A DNA stretch of 64,000 bases, from positions 7,811,360 to 7,875,359 of the forward strand of contig NC_043019.1 of NCBI RefSeq assembly GCF_006345805.1, in the 5' to 3' direction. Of this stretch, positions 39,779-52,346 are shown in pieces. How positions within the stretch are numbered: position 1 is the first letter of the stretch; each line of letters opens with the position of its first letter. The notes under the pieces are model-generated. The model was given only the letters and a program-made list of their open reading frames with translations. It searched no databases and had not been told where the DNA came from. The position numbers were made by a program, and so were the translations under genes. This stretch comes from Octopus sinensis (lineage: Eukaryota).

Positions 39779-41084
39779 TTCTAAGTATATATACACATAT
39801 ACATACATATATGTAAATATATATATATAAATATAATATATATATATATGTGTGTGTGTGTACGTACATATATATGGATAAAAATACATACATACATATA
39901 TATATCATTTATATATTTATATATATATGTATGTGCGTGTGAGTGTGAATGTATGTGCGTGTAAGTACTTATATATATGTATGTATGTATGAATGTATGT
40001 AACAGTATTTTTACTATTGTTTTCGAAACCCCTTTTCAATACAAATACTCAAAGTCTGCCAGTAAAGCTGGAACCGAAATCTGATGTAGACATGAAAGAT
40101 ATTACACTATCGGAACAAAACAACGTTTCGAAATTTCCCTTTCCATTTCAGAAACTTTATTCTTACTCTGGGCCACAACATTAAAAGCCACAACAAGACT
40201 GGCAATGACAACCGCAACAACAACAGCAACACCATCAACAAAGCTAATAATGTAACAATATCGCAGTGTTTACAATTGCCATGATACTAGAGAACGACTG
40301 ATAATTTTTTGTGGAGATTTGTCAGTTGAAATTCATCGCGTAGAGACAAACTGGTTATTGAACTTTATATCGCTGTCTGCTTGTAAATTAAGCCATCTCA
40401 TAGTATAAACATCTTGAAGGGAATATAGAGCTAATTCAATCAAAACTTCTGGAGCAAATATATTTTATCTCCAGAGACAGATTGCAGTAGATTATCTTTT
40501 GAGTCAAGAGTGTGTATACCTGTGAATGGCTGCTGCTGTGTGTGTTTGAGTGCGTGGGTTTATATGTGCGTATTTGCCTATACGTGTGCAGATGTATACC
40601 TGAGCGTAATAATATATGTATACATATGCATGTGTGTGTGCGTATTTGCCTTGTGGGCGCGTGGTTGTATACGTGCGTCTGTTCCTGTATGTGTGTAGAT
40701 GAATAAATGTGGAGAATATATGTATGTGTGTGTATGATTTGCTGCGTGTATACATATATGAACATATATAATGTCACACACGCTCACACACACAACACAC
40801 ACACACACACACACACACGCATATATGGAGTAGTGTAAATTTTTATATCTATATTTGTGTGCAACGTTGGTGTTGCGCACACAACTGAGGCGAAGAAAAG
40901 TGTTTTGGTGAATGCGAAGCAAATAAGGAAACACAGACATAAAGACTGTCACACACGGACGTTCATTGATATTGATGTACAAACACGCAAACAAGCTCTC
41001 AACTACAAACACACGCGCACACACACACACACGTGCACATATACTTTAATACTGGCTCGAAATTTTGTCTAGGGCGTTTTGGAG

Positions 41085-41245
41085 ATGTGGCGGAGTCAAG
41101 CCGATCTCAGAGCTTGAATATTACTTACTTTATCAAACCACAAATGATGAAGCCCCAAATCGACTCGGCTGCATTTGAACCCACAACGTAAATGCGAACG
41201 AAATACTGGTAAGCATTTCGTCCGACCTGGCAAAGCTTCTGCCAG
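41085..41245 (-). mobile_element. SINE family B, diverged
   Basis: TCGACTCGGCTGCATTTGAACCCACAACGTAA..AAGCATTTCGTCCG..TTCTGCCAGTTCGCTGC. Confidence 0.7.
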
Positions 41246-41457
41246 TTCGCTGCTTTCAACATCTACGTGTTTATATTGTGGTGGTTATTTTATCCACCCC
41301 GAAAGATGGAGGGACGACGCATAGTCAGCATCAGGGACATTCGAAATCAGAACATACATACGAAAGAAACACCACTAGGCTTTTTGTCCGGTGTATGTGT
41401 TTGTGAGTCTGTGTTTCTGCGTGCTATATATATATATATATATATACATGCACACAT

Positions 41458-41497
<40 letters not shown>

Positions 41498-41540
41498 CTA
41501 TACATATATATAGATAGATAGATATATAGATTGATATATA

Positions 41541-41720
41541 ACGGAAGGTTTACGATAATAAACAAAATACGAAGGCAGGTGGAGTACAAACAAAGAAATG
41601 TATTAGTATGGCGCTCAGGAATAGAAATAGAACAAGTCTTTTACGTTTCGAGCCTACGCTCTTCGACAGAAAGATACACAGAAAAGAAACAAGGAGGGAA
41701 ACAAGGAGAGAAATAGCTAA
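41541..41720 (-). mobile_element. Short Penelope-like repeat (same family as 845-1030)
   Basis: Shared AGGTGG..ATGTATTAGTAT..CGCTC(A/G)GGAAT..TTTCGAGCCTACGCTCTTC(G/T)ACAGAAAG..AAACAAGG. Confidence 0.65.
41637..41674 (-). ncRNA. Minimal type I hammerhead-like motif with variant core
   Basis: Minus strand: TCTTT-CTGTCGA-A-GAGC-GTAG-GCTC-GAA-ACGT-A-AAAGA. It has a 5-bp stem I, a 4-bp stem II, a palindromic stem III and U at core position 6. Confidence 0.55.
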
Positions 41721-42054
41721 AAATATCAGATAATAGACACTGTCGATGTAGTCTACGTCAAAAGAACATCAACTCTACCGAAGTGTTTTGTATTGTAATT
41801 TCTTTCTCTCGATGTATAAACATGTCAAAATTTTAGAGCCATTTATGAGCACATATTTGGGTTTCGTTCACGTTCATTGTTAATTAATTCAATACATTAT
41901 CATGTCACAGTATCTCTGGTTTACAATATTGTTTTAAGGGCGTCGCCGAAGTATCCAGCCCCGAATATTCTCAGTGAAGGATCAAACGTGTGTGTTTATA
42001 TTCCAGTTAGTTCAGTTAGGTATCAAATAAACCGGTTTCACTTCCTCCACCTGT

Positions 42055-42106
<52 letters not shown>

Positions 42107-42522
42107 TATAATATACACACACAACATAGTACACGCATATACACACACAATAATAATGGTTTTTTTTTTTTGTTAACAATTTTCCCTTAAGCTAAAAGGA
42201 TCACTAGTAGTTCAACATATTTGCGGAGACTTATGTATATATATATATGTATATATACGCATGCATGCAACTAGAAAGGTATGTATACATATGAATATAT
42301 ATATATTCATATGTATACACATATTATATATATATATAAATGTACACTCGTTACAACATACAACCATGTTGTAGTGGCTATGAACATTACTTGTGTTTTA
42401 TATATATATATTATATATATATATATTATATATATATGTGTGTGTATGTAGTGTGGATATATATATGTATGTATATGTACGTACAGGCACACATACATAG
42501 ATACATATATGTATATATATTA

Positions 42523-42565
<43 letters not shown>

Positions 42566-42566
42566 A

Positions 42567-42605
<39 letters not shown>

Positions 42606-42932
42606 CATACGTACAAACATACCGTCCGATCACATTAAACTGCACATGCCAGAGATGCCAGACAACCGTCTAGACATTAATGACGAAATAAGTGAATAAT
42701 ATCTTAATTTATACTGTAATTTATGTGCATAAGTGTGTGTGTACAAACCCGTATATTGTTACAAGGTGTTAATCTTGTCACTATCACGCAAAAGTGAGCG
42801 ATGGGTACTCTATTAGCAGAGCATGGTATGCATCGATGATGGGAGATTGCTGTTGTCGGGTCATTTGAAATTCCTATAATAGCGAAAAGCATCCAGCGAT
42901 GAATGGAACCTGAAGTGTGGCTTATATACATA

Positions 42933-43370
42933 ATTCGTTCTATTGGAAGTACATGGCGTCAAATTCGGTGGATGGAATTAAGTCGATTACATCAATATCA
43001 CTGCATAACGGGTACTTATTCAACCGACCCCAAAAGGATGAAAAGCAAAGTCGACCTTCGCGGAATTTGAACTCAGAACGTAGCGGCAGACGAAATACCA
43101 CTAAGCGTGCTAACCATTCTGCCAGCCCGCTGCCTTGTGTTATACACACCTATTTCCTTACTACCCACAAGGGGCTAAACACAGAGAGGACAAACAAGGA
43201 CAGACAAATGGATTAAGTCGATTATATCGAACCCAGTGCGTAACTGGTACTTATGTAATCGACCCTGAAAAGATGAAAGGCAAAGTCGACCTCGGCGGAA
43301 TTTGAACTCAGAATGTAGCGGCAGACGAAATACTATTTAGCATGCTAACCATTGTGCCAGCTCACTGCCT
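42933..43370 (-). mobile_element. Tandem pair of SINE family B copies
   Basis: Copies at about 42933-43135 and 43150-43370, each with GCAAAGTCGACC..GCGGAATTTGAACTCAGAA.GTAGCGGCAGACGAAATAC. Confidence 0.85.
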
Positions 43371-44069
43371 TGTGGCATACATACTTAATACCAACAGACG
43401 AATTGGTTATCCGGTATTCCCAGTATTTGTGTCTTCATCAGTTTTAATTTTGATGTAAGAATGATGGAATTACTTAGATTATATAACATGTTATATAAAT
43501 GCAAATTCATCGGGTAATTAAGTAAGTCAGGTGACCAACAACCTGTTAATTAATCGATAAATTTTCAAGAATTTAACAAATGTAAGTTGTGTGTGTCAAC
43601 GAGCTGTCAATTAAGAAAGGGTATTCGAATAAGATCTTAAATATAAAGACAAGTGTTGGTATTAGGATCAAGAAAAAGTCGTTGAACCAAGCAACCTCGG
43701 TGAGAAAGGCGAGAAGAGGCAGAACTTGTTTAATTAAAATAGAACGTAAGTGCGAAGCAAAGTTTAACCCTGTCGAGACGAGTTCAAAAGCCGTTGCCGC
43801 CGTTATCTTTGAAAAAAATAAAAAAGTAATTAAGAGAATAAGTAATATTAATTATCATTTAGTGTTTTATGTTAGTTTGGCCTTCATTCAATTAATTTAT
43901 GATAATTGTGATAGGGGGGGAAGTGGAAAAGTAATAATGACACAAAATTTGGTAATGAAATAATTAGAGAATATTGAGAAACAGAACGACATAGAGCGGA
44001 AAAATATATATACAGTATATACATGTATACACACACACACACACACGCACGCATGCACACACACACACA

Positions 44070-44104
<35 letters not shown>

Positions 44105-44347
44105 AAGATTATAGATATAAATATATACATATATACAGATTTGGTGTTATATTGATGATGTGTTACGTAGGCTGTGGAATGATTTGAACTTCAATTCTGA
44201 GCATTGAAACATTTATAACCATTTTTTCAGTTCGAAGTATTTTGTTTGCTTTCTAGGAATTCACTACCCGGGATGAGAATTTTTTTTTCCACGAGATTTC
44301 CGGTACCCAGCAATAAACTCATTTGCCTACAACCATAAAAAGCTCAC

Positions 44348-44760
44348 CTTCACCTTGCTGTCAACTTCAAAAACACACTCTACCAAGTAAACTCAAGACG
44401 AAGAACGGTGTTGTAAATCGATCGTTCGCCGCCATGTTATGCCTGAATTTAGGAGACAAGTAATCAGACAGATTTGCATCTATACCTGTTATCGAATTTT
44501 GACAGGTTCCGATATGAGGCAGATGGTGAGGTGCTAGCAACCTTCCCCCCACCCTTACAGTTTTACAAAGTAACCAACAACACAAATAACTACGGAGAGG
44601 CAGCCAAGGTTCAAACAAGAGCAAGAACAAAAGGCAATTTCAAAAGAGAAAAGAGACATGGTCATTCCTTACCCCAGTGAACTTATGTTATTGCACATAT
44701 CTTGTCATGCGCTCAAAAATTAGTTTGATAATCGAGCTCTAATTGGCTGTATGCAAATGA
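44348..44760 (-). promoter_or_regulatory. Candidate promoter / non-coding first exon
   Basis: Octamer ATGCAAAT at 44751-44758 beside a CCAAT box at 44742-44746. YY1-like AACATGGCGGCG at 44438-44427. Splice donor AAG|GTGAGC at 44348/44347. Motifs only. Confidence 0.3.
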
Positions 44761-45239
44761 GTTCATAACTGGGGACTCGAGGTAAAAAAAAACCCCAAAA
44801 AACTCGCACCCGGGATTCGTACATTTTTTACATTCATTTTGCTTTTTATCAGCAACGACACACAAGGGCTCCGTTGAAAAGTTAATCCACCTGTTATTTA
44901 AACTCACTGGTCTAACAACTAGACATCTACATCTTTAGTTATTTAGATCTTCCAGTAATTAAACTGTGATCGACTTGGGGCAATGTCACCAAAGGTTTAT
45001 GGATTTAATGCGCTCTATAATTCATCGATTTCTTTTGCCTACCGGGAAGACAAGGAAACCAATACAGGTTGTCAAATAATGATAAGTGGCACAAATAAAA
45101 TCACGCTATGATATAAGCACGCAAACACACACACACACGCCCCACAACGCACATATAGATTGATATAATATATATATATATACACATAAATAGATAGATA
45201 CATATATATTATATATAAAAATATATGATATATAATATA

Positions 45240-45271
<32 letters not shown>

Positions 45272-45341
45272 ATATATATATCATATATATAGAGAGAGAA
45301 GAGAGAGAGAGATACATATATATATATATATAATTATATAT

Positions 45342-45372
<31 letters not shown>

Positions 45373-45477
45373 CATATATATATACATCTATATATACATA
45401 GAGAGAAAAATACAGAAAAAGAGAGATTGATAGATCAATAAATAGATAGATAGATAGAAGGATAGATAGATAGAGGA

Positions 45478-45630
45478 GAGGCTTCTACACAGCTTGTGTA
45501 TAACATGTTATTTTGCAAGACACTGTCATGTGTTGGCCTTTGTAGAAGAAACTTGCTGCACGTGCCGAGAAGCCGAACTGAACTGAAAACCTTATGCTAA
45601 CAAACGAACATCCACCCACACACATTAGCC
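45478..45630 (-). mobile_element. SINE family A 5' half, highly diverged
   Basis: GGCTTCTACACAG..TGTAGAAGAAACTTGC..GAACTGAAAACC. Confidence 0.5.
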
Positions 45631-46464
45631 AGCCTCTGTACATGCGACTCAATGTACGCAGATAAGTTCATATTTACAAAAAGGTTGGAAACTATTACAG
45701 GTGCGTTCATTTTATTCCCATTTCCCATAACGACCTTTTTTTTTCCTTCATGTTTTGGAACGCACTATTCCCCCGTTTTGTCGATTCTTTAATCACTGAG
45801 ATAATATGGCTGGCCAGAAGTAGCGATCTGTACTGACGGCTTAGAGAAGAAAAATGTCATGGGAAATCTATGTGTGCGTGCGTTTGGATGTTTGTTTGTG
45901 TGTGTGTCCCCGTGTGCGTCTGTATTGTGGGTAGGTGCGTATGCGTGTGAATATATCAGAATTATGTGCGAAATATTCGTCTTGCTGTATAATATATACA
46001 CACATTTATTTGCACCATTCACCACATATCCTTACCGCTCTTTCCAGCTCAGTGTGTGTCTGACTCATTTTCATTGTGTGTGTGCTCGGGGTCGGCGTTG
46101 TATACATACATGTTCACACACACACACACGTATTTATATATTCACACGCCCGTATTTCCCCACCCAATTCTCACCTTAATCTATTTTTTCCATAATAGGT
46201 TTGGCACATTTCGTTACAAATCAAAAACCAAAATATAAAATTAATATAAACAAAATATAATAATCGAGAAATAATATTTGTTTTTTTTATGTATATCTAT
46301 GCTTGGCTTTTATTTACATTATCTCATGTCAACTTTTGCTATCCTTATTAAAAAAGACTTCTTGATACTCACCCCATTTTTTTATCACTCATACTCACTC
46401 ATACTCATTTAGATCTAAGTTATTTTAACTCTCTAATGGAAAATAATATTTTTGTTATGTTCTT

Positions 46465-46487
46465 GGTTATTATTATTATTATTATTA

Positions 46488-46567
<80 letters not shown>

Positions 46568-46568
46568 A
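46465..46568. repeat. (ATT)n microsatellite
   Basis: Direct reading. Confidence 0.95.
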
Positions 46569-47192
46569 ATTTTTTGCTGGTCATATTTGTTGAATTTGTG
46601 TTCTTTATTTTTGTTTTGTGGTTTAGATTTCATTCATCAATTACTTGGTCCAACATTGTATTGTATTCTATTGTATTCGCGGATTTTTTTTTTTTCGTGG
46701 AAGAATTTTATGGTTAGTGGGGATGCGATATTTTCTTTCTAAAAAACTTGGCATCCCTATTGATTAAGAATTCCCAGATGTAAACTTTGCACTGAGTTCG
46801 TGGCCTCACTCGCCATATCACCTCAGCTTAAACATAATCATCGCTATGACCCAAAACAATATGTGCTGCTGTTTTTTTCTACCGGTTCTATCTATCTATT
46901 GTCAATTGAAAATAATTGAATTATTATTTTCTATGTGAATATATACTGTATTAACGGACAGTGTGTTATAAACTAGTGGTAAATTATTTTTTTGATGAAC
47001 CTATATTACCGAAACAGTGAATTAGTTGAGAAGATCATTTGAAGGCAATAATACCGAAATTCCGCTGAGGATATCGTTTTCAAATTACTCCCAACTTTAT
47101 GAAATCGAAATGTTCTACGTGTTAATATAATCTTATATCTATTAAGTCCCAAAATGAAATGTCTAGTCATGGATAAAGCGCATTTTACGACA

Positions 47193-47414
47193 GGCCTCTG
47201 TGAACAGTGCCGTTATCCGCCTTAGAAAATCAGTAACAGCAATTCCTCACAATGTGATTTCGACTAATGTGAATGTTTTTATACCATACGTGAATGAGAA
47301 TGCATTATACGCGAACACTATTGGGATACGCGTCAATATGAATGTGAAATTTGTTGAGATGAGAAACGCATTCATTTCCTATCATCGATTCTCAATCCTC
47401 ACCTATGCATTCAT
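47193..47414 (+). pseudogene. Possible decayed C2H2 zinc-finger coding remnant
   Basis: One frame gives LCEQC.. and HYWDTRQYECEIC*DEKRIHFLSSILNPHLCIH (CxxC..LxxHxxxH) with several stops; C-to-H spacing is 15 rather than 12. Confidence 0.35.
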
Positions 47415-47744
47415 TTAAGAACACCGTGATCCGTTTACAGCAATACATAGGAAAGACGTACGTAATTATGAGACCTGGAAGTAAAGTAAGACATCACTTG
47501 ATAATAATTATATTGGTATTTTACTTTGACAGGGAGCTACGAATTATGGGAAAGGAACGAAGCGGTTTCGTAGAGACGCAGTCATAACCAGCATCTGGCA
47601 TTTTAACCTGTGCCGAAGAAAATATGTTGTCGAGGTAGAAGTGTGAAACTCAGAACGCAAAGGGAGAAAAATCAATTCGTGCCAGGAAATTGGTCAGATG
47701 CTTCTCAGCATTTTAGTATCCAAGATCCTTTATGGGTAATAATG

Positions 47745-47960
47745 TAGCTCTAGTTGTAATTCAGGGTCAATAAATTAAGTACCACTTGTACATTGGAGTT
47801 GATTAATTAAGCACCACTTGTAATTTGGTGTGGATAAATTAAGTACTAGCTGTACTTCTGGGTGGACAAATTAAGTACCAGCTGTACTTCGGGGTGGATA
47901 TAATCGATTTACCCACTTTCCTAGAAATTACTGGCATTGTGTCAAAATTTGAAATCAATA
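47745..47960 (+). mobile_element. SINE family B 3' part with four tandem 32-bp copies of its core segment
   Basis: AATTAAG(T/C)AC starts at 47773, 47805, 47837 and 47869, followed by GATATAATCGA..AAATTTGAAATCAATATT tail. Confidence 0.8.
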
Positions 47961-48668
47961 TTATCAGATCTCGTTCTACCATTTCAAACGTTAATGTCCA
48001 CATCACAATCGTGCTTAATACAATTACCATCTCCAGGGCCACCTCCATCAAAACCACCACCACCACCACCACCAGCACCTCCATCAAAACCACCACCACC
48101 ACCACCACCACAACGAACACCACAACCAATACCACCGCCACCACCACATACACTACTATCAGCATCAGCAGCATCACCACCATAAAGAGAACGATAACCT
48201 CCCAGTAATACCATCCCTCGCACCCGCCACCACCACCACCACTACCATCAGTATAACAAAAGGAAAAACAAAACAAATCTCACAACGTCCCATTGCGGCC
48301 ATCACTCTAATCATCATCATCATCACCACCACCACCACCACCACCACCACCACCACCACCACGTCCACCGCAACAACTACATTCACTGCATCAATTATTT
48401 AACTGATAGACGCTAATACATACCCTAACAGAGCCCCGTCGCCGTCGCCGCTGCTTCCTCCATTAGCCTCATCTCTCTCTGTTACATGCACGCGCTCTCT
48501 TGACCCCGTGAACTGCGAACAAAAACTGCCTGCAACCAATTGGAAAACTCAAAAATGTGTTATGCCACTCACGTTAGTCTCAGACTTTGATCTCTATTAA
48601 TTAGTTCTTTGTCAGTTGTCAGTAGTAATCAACAATATTGGCGAGCCGGACTGATGAGTAATCTATAC

Positions 48669-48706
<38 letters not shown>

Positions 48707-48722
48707 ATAGATAGACAGATAG

Positions 48723-48769
<47 letters not shown>

Positions 48770-49094
48770 GTGATGCGATCGTATTGTATTCATGACATGT
48801 ATAGAGTTGGCGGGTGTGATCGATCTAATAAAATGATTATAAATATTTAACCGTGTCCTTACACATTTGCATTCAGCTATTGTTTTCCGCAAAGGCTTCA
48901 TAACGAAATATTGTTCTCATACAGAAAATAACTTATTAGACTCATATTGCACTCTCATATTGCTACTATTGCTATACTAGTAGAGGAAAGTATCGATCGT
49001 CTTCTCTGACCTCCTTTGATATGTTTATTTTCTGCCTCTGTGCCTCTTGTTTGTATTTCCAGGATATTTGTTTTATCTTGAAAAGTATATATAT

Positions 49095-49487
49095 ATGTGC
49101 ATCGCAATACGAGATTAATTTGTTCCATGACCGAGTTCGTTTTACGATTTACTCGTTTTACGAATCAATTTCCCCCCTTCAAATTAACTAAAATATAATT
49201 AATCCGTTCCAGCCCCCAAAACCACACGACCAAGTTTTTTTATGAGTTTTAAAACAGAAAAGGTGTAGTTACAAGTAAAATGACAATTATAAAAAGAAGA
49301 GAATTCAAACGAAATATGTAAACTGGTTTTATTAACTGAATTATCTTAAAGATGGGATGATTTGTGGGCTCGTACCGCGGATATCTGCTCGCACTTCCAG
49401 ACATAAATTCGCACGAGTCTCGGCTCGTACAACAAATTAATCGTACAATGGGAAAATTGGACACTCATTCTGCGAGGTCCTACTGTA
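49095..49487. mobile_element. pogo/Tigger-like MITE
   Basis: Right end TGCGAGGTCCTACTG-TA. Degenerate left end ..TCGCAATACGAG. Internal inverted match GATTAATTTGTT (49113) with AACAAATTAATC (49431). Confidence 0.5.
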
Positions 49488-49601
49488 TATAGTTAATATA
49501 TATATTGGTTTTATTAGAATATTATATCCACTATTACCTGTAGTGTCAGAACTCCCCTCTCATACCTCCGGTATTAACGTACATTCCTCTGTGTGTATGT
49601 G

Positions 49602-49633
<32 letters not shown>

Positions 49634-49634
<1 letters not shown>

Positions 49635-49883
49635 GTGCTGTGTCATTTGGAAGATCATTTTCTTTTTGTGCCCTATAATTTAACACACTCACTTATCTGT
49701 TTGTTATTTATTTTTCTAAAATTTTCGTTGCGTCTTGCAAAATTTCCAATAGTCTTGCCAGCTGAAAAGGTTGCAAGACGTAACGAAAATTTTAGGAAAA
49801 GAAAAGAAAGAAGTGGCAATTTTACAGGTGAGTTTGTTAAATTATAAGGCACAAAAAGAAAATGACTCTCCCCAGACACAACT
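49634..49883. mobile_element. Fold-back MITE, nearly fully palindromic
   Basis: Outer arms GTGTC..TCATTTTCTTTTTGTGCC(C/T)TATAATTTAACA(C/A)ACTCAC and inner arms TAAAATTTTCGTT(G/A)CGTCTTGCAA each have reverse-complement partners on the right half. Confidence 0.85.
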
Positions 49884-50319
49884 GAATATGCTTAAGAATC
49901 TTGCAAACAAAAACCCAAAACGAAATATATATAAATATATATATATATAAGGGTACATATATTCGAAAAGATGAATAGAAATGGTGTCATATGATAAGTT
50001 CCCCACTTTAATAATTTGAAGTTTACAATTTTGTAAACACGTAATAACTTATAAACAGTTAATTATCAAAGTAGAAAATTATCAGAAATGACGTTTGTAA
50101 TCATTTTTTCAAACCTATGATACTGTACCAAGAACTTTCTCTTTCTTATTTCATCGACAGAAGCGATAGAATAAGTGCCTGATTTATACAAAACCTATAA
50201 GTCCTGAGATTGATTAAACCCATCTATAAGTTTAAATCAGTTACATTTCCGTTTAATTATAAGAATTAATGCGTTGAACCCTAAAAGTCGTTAGCATAAT
50301 GGATAACATTCTTAACGGC

Positions 50320-50470
50320 ATTCCTTCCGGCTCATTACATTCTGAGCTCACGTTCTGCGGACGTCGACTTTGATGCTCTTCCACTTCGGTGCCCATAAAA
50401 TAAATACCAACTGAATACTGGGGTCGACGTATCAACTACCCCATCTCCATAAAACTCGATGACTGGTTCC
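50320..50470 (+). mobile_element. SINE family B, diverged
   Basis: ACATTCTGAGCTCA..GTCGACTTTG..AATACCAACTGAATACTGGGGTCGAC. Confidence 0.65.
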
Positions 50471-51118
50471 TATATTCGTATGTACTTCAATATGAGAACG
50501 GAATCGAGCTCTCTAGTGAACACATGATTGATAGGCGTGCATACATACATACCTACTTCCATTACACACACACTACACACACGTACACACACATACATAC
50601 AAAATACACACACACACACACATATGTAAACGTCGTGTGTAACGTAAGTCGTATTTCGGAAATTACTTATCTCCTTCCAGGTGAATATTGAATACTAAAT
50701 ATTAGAAAGATCTGCCTTCTTGAGTAGCCCACGCGGATTTCAAATACTTGCAAAATTTAATTTACAGGAGAGTTAAATATGCGAACATGTCCGAGGCTAC
50801 AGCAGTGATAATAGCTTCCTATAAGTAATTTAAAATCCTATTTTCAGGACTGAAGTTTTTCCCTACAAATAAATATATGTACGCATGAATTTGTGTGTAC
50901 ACACACATACACACACACATGCGCGCGCACACACGCACACATGTATATGAATACAAACAGCTATAGACACGTACACAAAACACGCATGCAAACATGGACA
51001 TATCTGTGATTGCCTTTCTAACGACCAATCATTCATCTAATCCATAGTTACATACGTGCAGACACACACACATACATACATACATACATACATATATACA
51101 TGTATGCATATATATATA

Positions 51119-51149
<31 letters not shown>

Positions 51150-51161
51150 AATAATATATAT

Positions 51162-51260
<99 letters not shown>

Positions 51261-51584
51261 CAGATTCACATGAAATCACATAATGAAATATAGATGCTGC
51301 CTAGGCGAAATGGCACGTGAAAACGCCAAATAGTCGTACATATTTAAATAAATAGATATGCATTCTATTATCTTCTCCGGATATTGAAACCTGTGTCTAA
51401 TGGCCGCGGGTGAATGCAGATACAACATGAATAGCTAAAACGTTATCGATTAAATAACAAAATTAGCAAAAGCAGCGTTTATAGCAACAATACCGATAAA
51501 TATCTGAAGGTATAACTTTACGGCTTTCCTTTTCTCCTTTGAGCGACAGTTTCAGAAAACCTTTCATGAATTCAAGTGATTTGG

Positions 51585-51875
51585 ACATTCGGCTCACGGT
51601 CGGAAGGTCGTGATTTCGATTCCCAGAGGTTCCTTGTTTCCTGCAGCAAGTACCTTTATTTCATGTTCCACTCTGGTCCACTCTGTTGGCGAAAATGTGC
51701 TGTACTTGTAAATCACAAGGAGCCATTCTTAGCACTTCCTGTGTCACGCTGAGTCCCCCTGAAAACTACGATAATGATACGCGTGTCTGTGGAGTGCTCC
51801 GCCACTTGTACGTCACTTTCACGAGCAGGCTGTTCCGTTGTTCGGATCAACTGGAGCACTCGTCATCGCAGTGTC
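51585..51875 (+). mobile_element. tRNA-derived SINE family C relative
   Basis: B-box-like ATTTCGATTCC. The 3' domain GTGTCTGTGGAGTGCTC..TTCACGAGCAGGCTGTTCCGTTG..CGGATCAACTGGA is shared with 58333-58708. Confidence 0.75.
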
Positions 51876-51974
51876 CAAGTTGCAGAAAAGACTCCTTCCA
51901 ATCCCCTGATGTAAAATGCTTAAAGAATTCTCTTTATTTATGGAATATGGGTCTCCTTGATACACGGCTAACAC

Positions 51975-52346
51975 GTCCCCAAGATTGGGTGGAAGATAAT
52001 AATATTAAAATTTTCCATTGCCAAGCCAACCAGCTGATATGAACCCCATTGAACACTTCTGGGGCATAATGGACAAGATACTTTGTATAAAGATCAAGAA
52101 AGCATCCTCAAAGCCAGATCTTTTGAGATTACTGCATGAAACTTGGCAAGAAATACTTGCAGAGACTATACGTCATCTGATGACTAGCATGCCTGAAGGT
52201 ACCTAGCTTTCTAATAAATGCAAAAATGATGTCTACTAAGTATTAGATATTCACATAATAAATATATAATCTGAATATATAATTTCAGATTTAAATAAAT
52301 TTCAACAATGTTAAAGGTGTCTAATTATTTGTGTCATGTCTCTGTA
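51975..52346 (+). mobile_element. Tc1-family transposon 3' remnant
   Basis: DWVEDNNIKIF then PSQPADMNPIEHFWGIMDK..TWQEI..LMTSMP, matching the WPSQSPDLNPIE catalytic motif; right end ..CTG-TA. Confidence 0.85.
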
